64,000 nucleotides of DNA from Moniliella sp. 'wahieum' (taxonomy: Eukaryota): assembly GCA_003971905.1 (NCBI GenBank), contig RSEE01000026.1, positions 62,001-126,000 on the forward strand, written 5' to 3'. The notes beneath the pieces are model-generated. The model was not told where the DNA came from, did no database searches, and saw only the letters and a list, made by a program, of their open reading frames with translations. Made by a program: the position numbers and the translations under genes. Below are positions 48,859 to 61,034 of the stretch, in pieces. Each line of letters begins with the position of its first letter. The stretch's first letter is position 1.

Positions 48859-50407
48859 CTATGCCTTTTCTGGTGTATTCTTGCCGTTGGGTGCAGAACC
48901 GCTATCCGCCTCGCGTAGCAAGAACTGGACAAACATGCGAGTAAAAGACTGAGAGAGGCAGGGTCAACACTAAGCACCGCCAACCGCCCGCGTCGCGATG
49001 ATGCGCATATGATGGAGTGGGAGAAGGAAAACATACCTCATTGTGTGCATCCGATGGCTCGTCCTCCGAGGCACGTTGAGGGCCCTGGCGCTTACCTGGC
49101 GGTGGGAGGTTGTGTCCCGCCGTGCTATCCCGGCCGTTTCGCGTTCCTCATCGGTCCAGCCCAGGACAGATGCCATGACGTTGAGCATTTCGAACCGCTT
49201 CCCGTCGGCGCGGGGGGGTACTGAGGAATTGGAGAACAAGGTTGGTTACGAGCCGGCGATCAACATTGTTTTCCGACGACTCGGTGCGCAAGCGCCGCAA
49301 GGCTTCGGTCAGGTGTTCGTTGAGGATGACCGCTACAGGGTAAAATAGGTTAGTAGGTAATTTGGTTAGGAGAGAGTGCCAGAGGAGAGAACGTACCCTC
49401 ATGCCTAAGCTTGCCGATAAGCAGATTCCTCTCCTTAATTTCCTGTTCCAATGCTTTGCTCTGCTCGCTGCATCAGCACATTCGTCTCGTTGTTTCTGCT
49501 CATATGCAAAGGTCAGTGCTAGTTCCATCACAAGTGGTGGGCAAGACAAGGAACGTACCTCGGCCGCCTCGGCAAGCTTCCTTTGTTCCTGCAGCTCAGC
49601 GGTAAGTCTCGTGAGCTCCTCCTGGGCCTCGTTCGACGCCCGAGTCACCTCGTCCCTTTGACGCCTCGAATTCCGCCAGCACATCCTGGAGTTCACGAGT
49701 GGTTTGCTGTTCCGCCGCAAGTTGCGTCTGCAAGTTGGCAGCAAACGCTTCAGCAGTGGATTTGCTTTCTCGCATGGCCAAAAGGGCCTCCTCAGCCTCT
49801 GTACGCAGAGCCCGCTCGGATTGGGTCGTGGATTCCCACGTCTCGACGGTGATCTTGAGCTGCTCCAACTCTTCAAGCACCTCGCGCAGCCTGCGCTCCA
49901 AGGCGAGAACATGCCCCTTGTCCGCCTCCGGGGCCGGCGCGGGGGCCTGCTTGGCCTGCTGCAACTCAGCATGCAATCGCTCGGCCTCGGCATTGCTCGT
50001 CTTGATTTCCTCCTGCAGTGTGCTCACTGTTTCGGTCAAACTACTTACTTGGCCAGTCAACGCGTCAACTTGGGCTTCACGCTCCTCCAGTTCCTCCTGC
50101 AACGTTCCATATTAGCCGCTCCGATCCAGGCAGGGAAAGAAGTAGGACGTACCGCGTCACGTTGTAACCGCTCTCCAAGCGTAGCACGCATTTGGGTCAA
50201 TTTACCCAGCAACCCCTTGTACTTCGCTTCATACTCGTCGCGTTCCCGACGTGCCAGCAGGAGTTCTTGGCGCAGTCCCTCGGCCGACGTTTCGCCCAGA
50301 CTGTCCATCGCCCCAGGCGAGGCTGGTGACGCCACCAGGCCAGGGGACCCAAGCGATGCGGGTGACCCAGGGGAGAAAGACGTTCGCTCGGCAGGAGGAG
50401 ATGTCAT
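48859..50407 (-). CDS. RUD3: Rud3/GMAP-210-like golgin (coiled coil + GRAB domain)
   Basis: YKGLLGKLTQMRATLGERL, long coiled coil, AVILNEHLTEALRRLR..NVDRRLVTNLVLQFL..PRADGKRFEMLNVMASVLGWTDEER, and GA1-like FTRMFVQFLLREA. Several GT-AG introns. Confidence 0.88.
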
Positions 50408-50830
50408 GATGCGGAACAAGTGGAGCACCAAGCGGGCGGGCGAGGTGGTTGTGGGGTAAGGTGGTAGGGATGGCCAAAACTGGTAACGTGCCGCGCGAAT
50501 CAAACTGCGCCAAGGCAGGGAGCTGGGATGTCCTATTTTTCCGCACTAGATTGGTCAACCTGAGCGGAAGCACCAACCAATTGTAATTTTAGGCTACGTG
50601 GAACCTACAGTGCTCTCGGATTCAGCACTACACCATCTCAAACCAGTTCGTGCAGTTGGATGCTGGGCGCAACTTGCTGTTCTTACCCCTGCGACCCCGG
50701 CCCTTGGATGCTAGCTTGATGGACACGCGGAAGAGCAGCCAATCCAACAAGCCCGCCGTGGCAGAGAGGGAGAGCCACCCAAATGCTTTTGCAGGATGCT
50801 AGTCGCTCGGATCCGTGTTGCGGGAGAACG

Positions 50831-50858
50831 GGTGACATGTGACATGTGACATGTGACA
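50831..50858. repeat. Heptamer array GGTGACA-(TGTGACA)x3
   Basis: Read directly; upstream of the RUD3-like gene. Confidence 0.85.
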
Positions 50859-52009
50859 GGTACATTCGATTCAATTGTTGAATGCTCGCGCCTAGTATCC
50901 TGGCTCACGTGCCACGGCAGTGTTGAACGTTGCATTTATCAATGTCCTGGTACTTCGGAGGCAAAACAGAATCACAAGAAACCGCAACCGCGCCCCATAG
51001 AAAAAGAGACCTTCAGTATACTTTCGTATCAGCAACGGCGCCGTATGGTAAGCAGTCGAAACTCCCACCCAATTTTTTCAGGAAAAGTCTCAGGAGGACC
51101 TTAATCTTGTGTTGGGATAGATCCTGCCTTACTCCTATACGGTGGGTGGTTGACAAAAATCCACACAGAAGATGAATCCGAAAACAGACTCACACATTCA
51201 GAAGAGGCAATGAAAAGGGAGAGAAGTCAACTATACCGCACCTATTGACAAAGATGGAGCATGAGTCTCATCGAATGACCAAACTCGCTCCAATTTCCAA
51301 TTCTGCATCCGTGTACCTCTTGTTCATTCCTTTCCCTTTTTTGTTTCTGTTCCCTGCTCGACGCCTTTTCTGTTTCCTCCCGCTGTCTTGCCATCCACCC
51401 CGTCTCTGATAGCGCCTTGGTCTCCCTCGTCTAGGCCCGGCTGTTACAACGGGAAGCCCAATTGCTGGGAGTACAGGCTAGTTCTAAGAAGCAAAAAGCT
51501 ATTGCGGCCCACCATATTCTTCCGAAGAGACAGTTTCATCTGACGGAACGGAGGATGCCAAAACCGTATATATACCGAGAACCACCAACACATCCTTTCT
51601 TCGGTACATGCGGCCGAGTTCTGGGGACCTGTATATCTACTGCGTAAACAAGCGTTGGTACCACTCATGAAGCGCTATATTAGGATAGGAACCGGTGCCC
51701 TTCCCAGAATAGAGTCTCTGCTTACAACCTGACATGATAATATACATCGTTTATGCAGTGCAACGGACCATTGCAGAGGGATTATATGTCATACAGTATC
51801 CGCGAAAAGGACGCGCAAGTCTTGATTTGCCAATTTCGCCCTAAACTACAGGAGAATTTGACCAAAGTGGCCTCTTTTTATGGCTCAAAAACTAACGGTA
51901 AGGTGTTCAGGCATGGAACTTGGGAGGGGGGGGGGGCGAACGCTTCCTCTGTAGACTTCAGCCTAACGGCTTTGGTGATCGATGTGTTGATTCACCCACA
52001 GGTCGTCTC

Positions 52010-52385
52010 ACAATTGTTTTGGGTATCGGTGGACACGGTGTGGTAAAAAAAGAAAGCGTCGCAACGCCTGTGGATTACAGGGAAAAGGAGGTTCTTCGAA
52101 CGTTGCATCAGCAAGCGTAATCACAAAGGGAACACCGTCAAGTATCTGTGTGAGGGCCATACTCAAGATCTATTGTTTTCCCCTTTATTGATCAGGATGA
52201 CGCGGACCACGCAAGTCTGTAGTATGCCTCCAAGACGGCGAGAACAAAATCCTTGAGATCACTGGAAACCCCTAACTGATGTGAGTCTTTTGATGTGGTT
52301 CATCGACATCACCCTCTCACAGAATATAGCAGTTGGAGCAGTCGGAATACCATACCATCTTCCAGGCACGGAAGCATGGAGCTCT
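52010..52385 (+). pseudogene. Possible decayed protein-kinase fragment
   Basis: IVLGIGGHGVV (Gly loop) and REKEVLRTLH (helix C-like). VVHR/DIT..NI needs an indel. PYHLPGTEAWSS follows. Stops are present and no DFG is seen. Confidence 0.3.
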
Positions 52386-52804
52386 TAACTCTATGGCTTG
52401 AAAACACCGCCGGCCTCATCATCTTCGTTCCGTAACAAAGGAAGGGATGATAATCAGTCAGTTGCTCTTGCTCTTCGGCCATAATGCGAGGTGAGAGGCG
52501 CGCGCCCATAGTAATATGTTGTTAAGCGGTTAATGTTGTTTTAAATGGGAGAGGGTGAGATCTGCTAAGGGGCGCTTCGGCCGCACGCGCCCTTTTTTCC
52601 TTTCCGTGTACAAAAAGGTTTTAGTCCTCCATGTATCACTAGCACTCCCCTCAAATGTGTAATGGGGGGACGGATGAGGTTGTGTGGTAATTGAGTGTGA
52701 AGTTCTGGATAAGCATATTGGTTCATGGGTTCTACTAGTGGGGCCGCTTTGTCGTAAAAAAGCCACCCCTTTCTACAATGTCTTCCGTCGTCCGAGATAA
52801 TAAA

Positions 52805-53435
52805 AGCGCTAAGCGCTAAGCCGACATTGATCATCGAGATCATAGAGGACCTGCTTATAACGGTGGATTAAGCAAAGACACACAGCCCGCTTCTCAGATC
52901 TCAGTCTTGTTCCCCCTGTTTCATCCACATTAGGGCGTATCCGTAGCTTCGATGTCGATGAGCGCGCTGAGCATTTTTGAGGCACTGCAGTGACGGAAGG
53001 GTGACTATTGAAGAGTGAAGAGTATACACTGTGTGAGTATATATATACTCCACACCCTCACACGTCCCAAACCCTCTCAACAGGAAGCTCTCATCTCTCA
53101 GATCTCACTACTGAGAGCCGCAGGCGCTTAATAAAAAGTACAGATACTCATATTCACTTCGGAGGCGGTGACCTCTGTGACGGTAGCCAGTCACAGAGAC
53201 ATACTATATATACTCACCGATGATCATCGTCCTTAGGCCTTATTAGGCCTTATATAGTCCCCTTATAGGCCTTAGACCCCTTAGGCCTTAGGCATTATGC
53301 ATTATATCCCTTAGTGCCCAAAGAGCATATCGAAGCGTCGTGCGCTCTGTCGAACAGGGGGGTGTATTGTACTGACGAAACGCCGACAGCATGGCCGTCA
53401 GCGCATGATCGTCAACGTTGAAGTTCAACGTCGTC
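52805..53435. repeat. Intergenic cluster of xy-TNA-y'x' stutters
   Basis: GCTAAGC x2 (52808-52821), TCTCAGA (52892, 53096), CCTTAGG (53231; x2 at 53279-53292), CATTATG (53293), GTTCAAC (53423). Confidence 0.75.
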
Positions 53436-55304
53436 AACGCACACCGTCGTCACCCGACTCTCTTCTCTGTGAGGTGTCATTTTCCCCCATCATCTCCCCA
53501 TCGATCCGTCGCGTACATATATACCCCCTTTCCCGAGTAATTCAATATAATCAGTCCATTGAAAACTACACGGCTATTTATATCGAGAGAAACAACTTGT
53601 TGGTATACAGAAGCTTCAAAACGGGTCTAATACCACTCCCTCTCTGCGTTGATTTCAACGCTTAATAGGACGATCAACGCCTAATGGGATATCGTTTTCG
53701 CCCGGTCGGATAAGCCAACAATTTATACGGTACACACGCATCTACTAGGCTGAGAAAATACACCTTGTCGACGTTCCATTTGCAGCCGGGGGTGGGATCG
53801 AAAGTGCAGCCCTGCTTGGACAACGTTATACGGCATCTTGGTACGAAAGAGGGGTATAATAGTAATTGGTGTCATAGTTTGACTGTGATATGATATCGCT
53901 CCATTTCCAAAAAGTCTCTGTCTCACATGTGCGTTGCCTCTCTTTCCCTGATCTTCTGCGGTGCTCCATTATGCAGTGCTCTGCTATTGCACTCATAGTT
54001 TTCCCACAAAGGATTGCTACTACATCTCCCGACAGACCTCGTCTTGATTATGGTCTTCCTCGTCTTATTAGCCCCTGACTGTGACATGTACAAAGGAGTA
54101 CTCGCAACTGACACCAGGCACTCTGATATGTAAGGAAGATATATATAGAACTGCCTGCGCGTGAGACGGGGGAAGACTGGTTCCGCTACAGTTGTAGGAT
54201 GTGACATGTGGCAAGCCAAAAGCGAAAAGAGAGACTGCATGTGACGAGGGGGCGTTTCAATTTGTCCACCCACGCACTGCTGCTGTGAAGCGGAATAATA
54301 AGATACGATTGCATTTTACCGCATCTCACCAATCCTACCGCAGTAGTCTCACACCTCAGAATTAGGGTAGTGGGCCTTTCCAACTTGCAGATTGTGGAAG
54401 ATACTATGAGAGAAAAGGGGCCTGCGTAGCATTCCGAGCATGCTGCGAGATATGTAATTGCCACCTGGGCCACGGTCGCCCAACCACGATAGTCCAACCA
54501 ATGCCTTTATGACAGGGAGGACGATACAAAGTAGAAAAGAAAGGTCCATCGCGATCCGCTACTTCCACATGTAGCCCGATCATCGTGAGAAAGTAATGAT
54601 TGTTATCCTCAGCAAAAAAGTGCAGAGGAAAGAAAGATCAACTGAAAACAGTGATCAAGACAAAGAAAGTAAAGGCAAGCAACGTGAAGCAATGTGAAGC
54701 TCGAAGGAATGTGAAGAGCTGTTACTTACTTTCTTGTATTCTGATCGAGGGGGAGGGGAAAACAGGAAGGATGGGAATCTTGAAGTAGCGATGAAGGAAA
54801 CGTTAAAAGACAAAGAAAACGGTTGTTGATGTCGTTGAACGTTGAACATGGAACCGGAAAAAAGGTGACAGGATGTTACCGGAGGACGGGGGAAGGAGCA
54901 ACAGGCACAGATACCAAGCATCGTGAAGAGAGCATATGGCGCTCGTATATGTCCAACCGGGGACATAGACGAAGGTGTGGTGCCAGCCTGTGTGGGTTGA
55001 GTAGTCGCCCCCGCGCAGGAGTCAAGTGCCAATGCAATAGGGCGACGTGGAAGGGGAGAGGGGTACGGGAGATGCAAGGATGACGAAATGCGGAAATCGA
55101 CCAATATAGAAAGACAGACCCAATAGAAAGAAGGGGGCTTTTGACGGCCTCCATTGCAGGGGGAATATGTTATACGCACAGTGTTTGCCAGGAGCGCTGC
55201 CCCAAAAAGGCAGATGCAGGCAGAGGGGCAGTGACTCCCTGCTCCAGTGCACCATTGGTACGATGAGAGAGGCCAAGGCAATCTCGACCTGTTCCAGTGA
55301 AGGA

Positions 55305-57237
55305 TCAAGGCCTATGCTGTCGTACTGAAGCGGCACGCAAGACTTGGCAGTACTTGCCGGAAGGAAGCCACTCGAGGTAAAATGCTCGATCTTGGGGCGA
55401 GAGGCTTTCGGCATCTTGGGACAGGTGAGCAATCAGGGAATGGACCTGGGCTGGAGGAACACCCAAGGCGGCCAGATGATGAACAAATTTGCTCACCATT
55501 GCCCGTTCTTTACGGTCCGTGGGGGCGATGCAGTGGCCCAGGCGGTCGGTGATGGTGACCTGGACACCGCGACGGTCGGAACGCACCTTGGCTGCGATTC
55601 GGGTGCGACAGACGCAGCGAGCCGACTTACCCCCGGTTGACACATTCGCTGGTCAGGTGAAGAGTTGGAGCCTTGATGTTGGTCCAACATCGTCGTGGGC
55701 GCCACGATCGGTGCCGATTCGCGCGAACGGCAGCAGGTAAGACAGGAGGAGTACTCAATGTGCTCATCTCGCTTTCCCCGCTTAACCACGGTACGTTCCC
55801 AAATTCGATCCGTCTTAAATGGACCGGCAGCGACCAGCTCATCCTTCAGCTCGTCCCAATCGGACACGTCTGGCAAGAGGAAAGAAAGTTTACCGGCGGA
55901 GCGGGCGATGGACCGTTTGCTAGAATCCCCTGGGTCCGGCTGCTGGTGTGGAGGAGAAAGAGGCACAGCTTTGCGAACCAGTTGAGAAACAAGCTCCTTA
56001 GCCCAGTGCACCCTCACGGAAGGTACTGGGGCCATGAGCACGGTATGGGTAGGGTGTGAGGCCTCGATACCCCCGGACAGAGAAGAGGTGGACTGATTTC
56101 CCTCTTGCATAACAGGAGGTGTCTTTCCACTCTGCTCAATCTCAATAGATATGCAAGCTGATGGTGCGGATTTGGCCGCCTGCAAGTCGTAATCTCTTCC
56201 CTCCCGTAGAAGGGGTAGCTTGTCGTTAATCCACAGCTATTATTGATTGACACAAATCAGTCAGCTCGAGGCCAGTCAACAGACAAACCACTCGAATGGA
56301 GGGTGGAGGTGGGTACATACCTCACTGTTGTGAAAAGTACTAGAACCAGGAACATAGGTCTTCCCACCACCCGATGAATGCAGAAGTACCGAAGGGTGTG
56401 TTAAATCCGAAGCAAATGAGCCCAAACTTGCTAAATTTGGTGACGGGGACACTCCTGCACCGGTTCTTATCGGGCTCGAGGATCCCATAGCCGCGAGATA
56501 GGGCGAGCCCGAAAGGCCCAAACCGACGTTGTTCATCGTAGGGGAAAGAGAGGAGGTGGAAGACCCAATGCTGCCGGAACGGAGTGGTTGAGGATACGGA
56601 CGGGAGGGGCGGGAGGGAATACGGTTTAGCCGACCAGAATGGGATGGTGCGGGCATCTGGGGGTGGAGAACGAGGTGACGATACGTCGTAGCAGATGAGA
56701 GTGATGTGGGGTGCTGTTGGGGGGCACGGGGAAAAGCAGGGGCATCCGGGGAGGTGAAGACTGTGGGGGCGAGAGCGAGAGATGTTGATGAGGATGGTTG
56801 AGGGTTAAAGAGCTGGGATGGAGAAACAGCCCTGGAATTGGATGCAGCATCCCGGGGCCCAACTGGGGGTAGCGGGACGGGGTGAGGGAGGAACCAGTCA
56901 AGGGCGGCGACACAGGCCATGGCGTGAGGGTTACTGTGAGATGAGGCGAAAGGGATAACGAGGCCGGGCCCAAGGGAGCCGGGCCACTGGAGTCATTTGG
57001 CTGGGAGGGGGGTTGGGAAGGCAAAGGGCCCGGATGGGCAAAGGGGAGGCCTGAAGGCACAGGCGAGGTGATGGGAATGGGCGCAGTGGATATGGAGGAA
57101 GGGAATGGCGCAAGTTGGGCTGTGAGGGGGGATTGAGCGGGAGTCAGGGAGATGGTGGCGGCAGAATCCGCAGCGCCTGATGGCCAGAGCATCTCCGTCT
57201 CTGAGGCGCGCGATGCGAAGGGCAATGGGGGGTCCAT
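55305..57237 (-). CDS. Putative DNA-binding protein: P/S-rich N-terminus plus a FAR1/WRKY-GCM1-like zinc finger; 3' end uncertain
   Basis: ATG 57237 and a low-complexity region, then an intron near 56320-56210. Domain reads IWERTVVKRGK...LTCCRS...GKSARCVCRTRIAAKV....VQVTITDRLGHC, followed by FVHHLAALGVPPAQVHSLI. Confidence 0.6.
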
Positions 57238-57699
57238 GGAAAATGGAAGCGCCCAGCGAGAACGATGAGGCAGGTGGAAGAATTAAAGAGCTGAAAGTTG
57301 AGAGCTGAGAGCGAGGCGCGGTGCACCGTAAGAATGAAGACAGCACGAGAGGTCGAGAGTTGAATGGGCACGTCTTCGTCTTGAGAGGGATGGAGGAGGA
57401 AAGGAGGCGAGCAGGAACGGACCAGCCGTGGGTGAGCCAGTAAAACGAGGAGCTGGAGAGCGAGACAATGAGGGAATTGGGAGACTGTATCAGAGGAAGG
57501 CAGAGTATGCCGACGGGACGGAAAGGAGGCGGGACAAGGGGCGGGGTACAGCACGCCGGTGACTGCCCGGGGGTATATGAGCAGAGTGAGGTGGCGGCGG
57601 GTTGTACTGGGCCTGAACCCAAGCAAACTGACACGCAACTATGTCGTTGTGGCAAACACCGGGCGTATATGTCCGGGGGGAACTCCAGTTGAGCCTTGG

Positions 57700-59230
57700 G
57701 CTAGTAACCAGTGACTAGTGAGGCCGAAGGCGTGAAGCTTGAAGCGTGAAGCTTGAAGCCTGAAGCTTTAAGCTTGTTAAAGGGTGTTCGGCGTTCAACG
57801 TTCAACGCTCAGGCCGGGACGTTCACAGGCCCCCAGAGGTCTCAGGCTGAGCACTACAGAACCTCAGCTCTGAGGCTCAGCGCCGAGTCCCGCTTCAGAG
57901 TGGGTGGCGAATGGCGGGGGGTGGGTTCGGGGAGTGATGAGCTAGTGATGATCGATGAGTACTCAGAACTCAGAGACTGAGTGACTAGTGACTAGTGACT
58001 GGAGTGACTTCACTACTAAGAACTGAGATTTGAGAGGAAAAGGCGAGAATAGCAATGGACAGACATAGAGACTCGAGGAGACTTCTGCGATGCCAGTGGG
58101 CACCTCGCGCACATTAATACACGCTCTGTCAGTGGGCAACGTTCCGGTATAGCAATAGTAAGCTAAGCGCTAACCGTCGACAAGACACGTTTCAACAAGC
58201 TTCCACAGCTTTTCCAACCCAAAGCAAAACGGCAGGAAGTGCATTATCGTTGTGCATGTGGCTGGTCCAGAACAGACCAACCCCCCAGAAGCAGCGCGTC
58301 ATGTGTAGTGCACAAGGCCTACAGTAAAAAGAGCAGCCAACAACTCTTAACGCAATTAACATTCAACCACACTCCCAGCGGGCCCAACGCGAGACTGTCC
58401 CCTCGGATAACGTTCAGCGGCTCAGCGCTGAACCGTTGAACTTCAGCGTTCAACAACGTTCAACGTTCAGCCATTCAACCTGAGGGTTCAGACGTTGAAC
58501 CTCAGGCGGATGGGCAGCACCAGGCAGCACCCCATCAGTCAGAGCAGGGAGTGCGAGGCGTTTGTGTCTACAAAGGTTTTACAAAAATGCCCGGATATAA
58601 CATGGTCGCACCGTGTAGCTTCGTCTTGGGGCCACACCCCTCCACTGCCCCTGTGCTGCGGCCTGCATTGGCCGTGCCAGGGCCCAGTGTGGAGCAGTGT
58701 CTAACAATTCACATCACATCACTGATATGTCACGCGTGCCACATGTCACATGTCACAGGCCTCGAGCCTCAGTACCTCAGTGCTAGTGAGGCCTGAGGTC
58801 AGGCCTGAGGCTCAGGCCCTCAGGGCGCTCAGGGGCCTCACTAGCTCACTAGCTCACTAGCCCACTAGCCACTCTTTAGCCTCACTGGTCAGACCGGTCA
58901 CCGGTCACTTGAAGCTTGAAGCTTGACCGCCTTTTCAGCTTCCCGTCTGGCCGAAGCAACCGCAGGTTCACCCACACCGCATCACATGTGACTAGTGACT
59001 CTACTGATGCCACGGCTACCATAATGTCACCTGTTCGCTCCCTCTTTAAATCCGTCATGCATCATGCGTCCAAGCTTTCCACTGCATTGGAGCTTTTCTT
59101 GAAGCCTGAGGCCTCAGCCTGAGGCCTGAGGCCTGAGGCCTGACGTCGGCCTGACGAGCTAAAAGCGTCAAGCTTCAAGCTGGAAGCTGGAAGCTGCATG
59201 AAAGCCTACGCGTTACGCGCTTACGGCTAT
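57700..59230. repeat. Densest cluster of xy-TNA-y'x' stutters, between divergent genes
   Basis: C[GTC]TGAAG run (57731-57765), GTTCAAC x2 (~57794-57806), AGTGACT x3 (57980-58000), GCTAAGC (58161), TGTCACA x2 (58744-58757), CCTGAGG x3 (59118-59138), CGTTACG (59211). Confidence 0.85.
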
Positions 59231-60550
59231 ATCACCAAGTCACGCGCGTCTTTTATGGACAACCTTCGCCCGCATCACGATAGTTGTGAAACCGAGGTGA
59301 GGGCGCTGAGAATAGAGAGAATAGATTGTATATTCGTTAGGGCGATGATTCATTTCTCGATGTCGTTTTGTCGATGTCGAAATGATGTTCATGTGGGTAT
59401 GCATATGATACGCAGCATAATTGATGCCATCACTAGTCACTCTCCTTCATAAATTACGGCCCCTCCATCCCTCAGTAGTGTGATGACCAGACACCCCTCG
59501 ATGGCCCCAAAATATATACTGTGGGTGTTTCTCTCTCAACCGGCGCCGCGCTCCAGTCACATGTCACACTCGAAGGGGTAGCAATGTGCGGCCCTACTGG
59601 AAATGCGAATCTGCATAGCAGTACTCATCGGAAAATTGAAGCATACAGAGGCCAGACGTATAACACCCACGGCCATACACAGACCAAATCCCAACGTTTG
59701 TGATTGTGTCGTAGTGGCCAAAAAAGCAGCAGCCCCCATCTTCAGGAAACAATAATATGATGATTCTCTTACGGTAGTCATAATGTTGTGTATAATAACT
59801 ACCCCAGAACAATCTCGTGGGTCGCATTCCGCACCCGGGGATTCATCTACCACATGCGGCCTTCTCAAGGAGAAGAAAGTGAAAATTAGCAGAGGGCCCG
59901 GCTGTCATAGTTTGGCTGATCTCGCTCCCATTTCCAATTTCTTCGTCTCGAGCGTCTCGCTCCTTCCTGTTTTCTTCTACTTCGCACCATGTCCCTCTGT
60001 TCTTGCTTCTTCCCCACGAACGATTGCTACCCCTTGGCCTAGTCCGATTCTGGTCTCCCTCGCCTTAGCCCCGACTGTGACACGGCGGTCCATCTCGATT
60101 ACGATGTGGTGCAAAACTCTCTAGCAATAATTATGGAGTACTCTTCTGTAACTCTTCCTTACTATACTCAAATGGAATACTCCAGTGCATAGTGATGAAC
60201 TACGGATGCACGAAAGCCATAAACGCGAGAAACGCCTCTCAAACACCTTTAAACTGGTGTTGGGCCCGAAACCCTTTCCAAGAATGCAGAATGGGACAAT
60301 CTTGTGGGTTATAGCATTCAGCACTGTCTGTGTGAGTTTTGGCCGCGGCCGTTGACCGTTGACCGCGACCTGATCGACTTGATCAATCAGATTATCGATG
60401 AAATCGTTAATTGTGATCGGTGTGTAGCACAAGATATGGGATGATTCGATGCGTATGGGATGTGGAATGATGTTATGAATGATGGCAGAAGATGCCTTTT
60501 TTTGGTGCGAGGCGACATGTGCGGATGAAAGAAGATGCCCAGGCTAACAA

Positions 60551-60575
60551 GGGGGGGGGGGGGGGGGGGGGGGGG
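60551..60575. repeat. Poly-G homopolymer, about 25 nt
   Basis: Read directly; the length is unreliable in long reads. Confidence 0.8.
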
Positions 60576-61034
60576 TGCGACAGTACAATGCGGAATGGCG
60601 GGCAGACCGGAGGCGGAAAGTGCAGGAGCAGGATGCGTAGCCCTACGACCATCAAATGTGCTGCGGACGTCCTTCTCTCCTGCTTTGCCGCAAGGATGCG
60701 CAAGTACTATATATCACCAAACGCAGATCCCACAGGTGTCCGCGTACGGGGGCAGTGTGTATCGGGCCAGATTAGGCGTGCCTGCGGGCTACTGCCATGT
60801 AAGCAGTCAGGTCCCGACGGCGGGCACCAGCCCTGTGTCGGACAGAAGGCGCGGGAGGCGCGGACCTTATTTGGGAGAGGGACGATTAATGATTCAGGAA
60901 GTGAGAAGTGTGGAGATACGTCAAGCGGCATTGACCGGCTCACTAACTTGCTTTCGCTCTTGTCCTTGCGTCATCTCGCCTTCATCTCGCCTCCCACCCC
61001 ATCATCTCCATCATTTCCTCCCGCGGCGAGCTTC

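Noticed and set aside
60492..61034. N-terminal 181 aa of the 578-aa ORF
   Set aside because: It runs through a poly-G tract and promoter-like DNA; ATG 61035 (MGSLSD) is the more plausible start.
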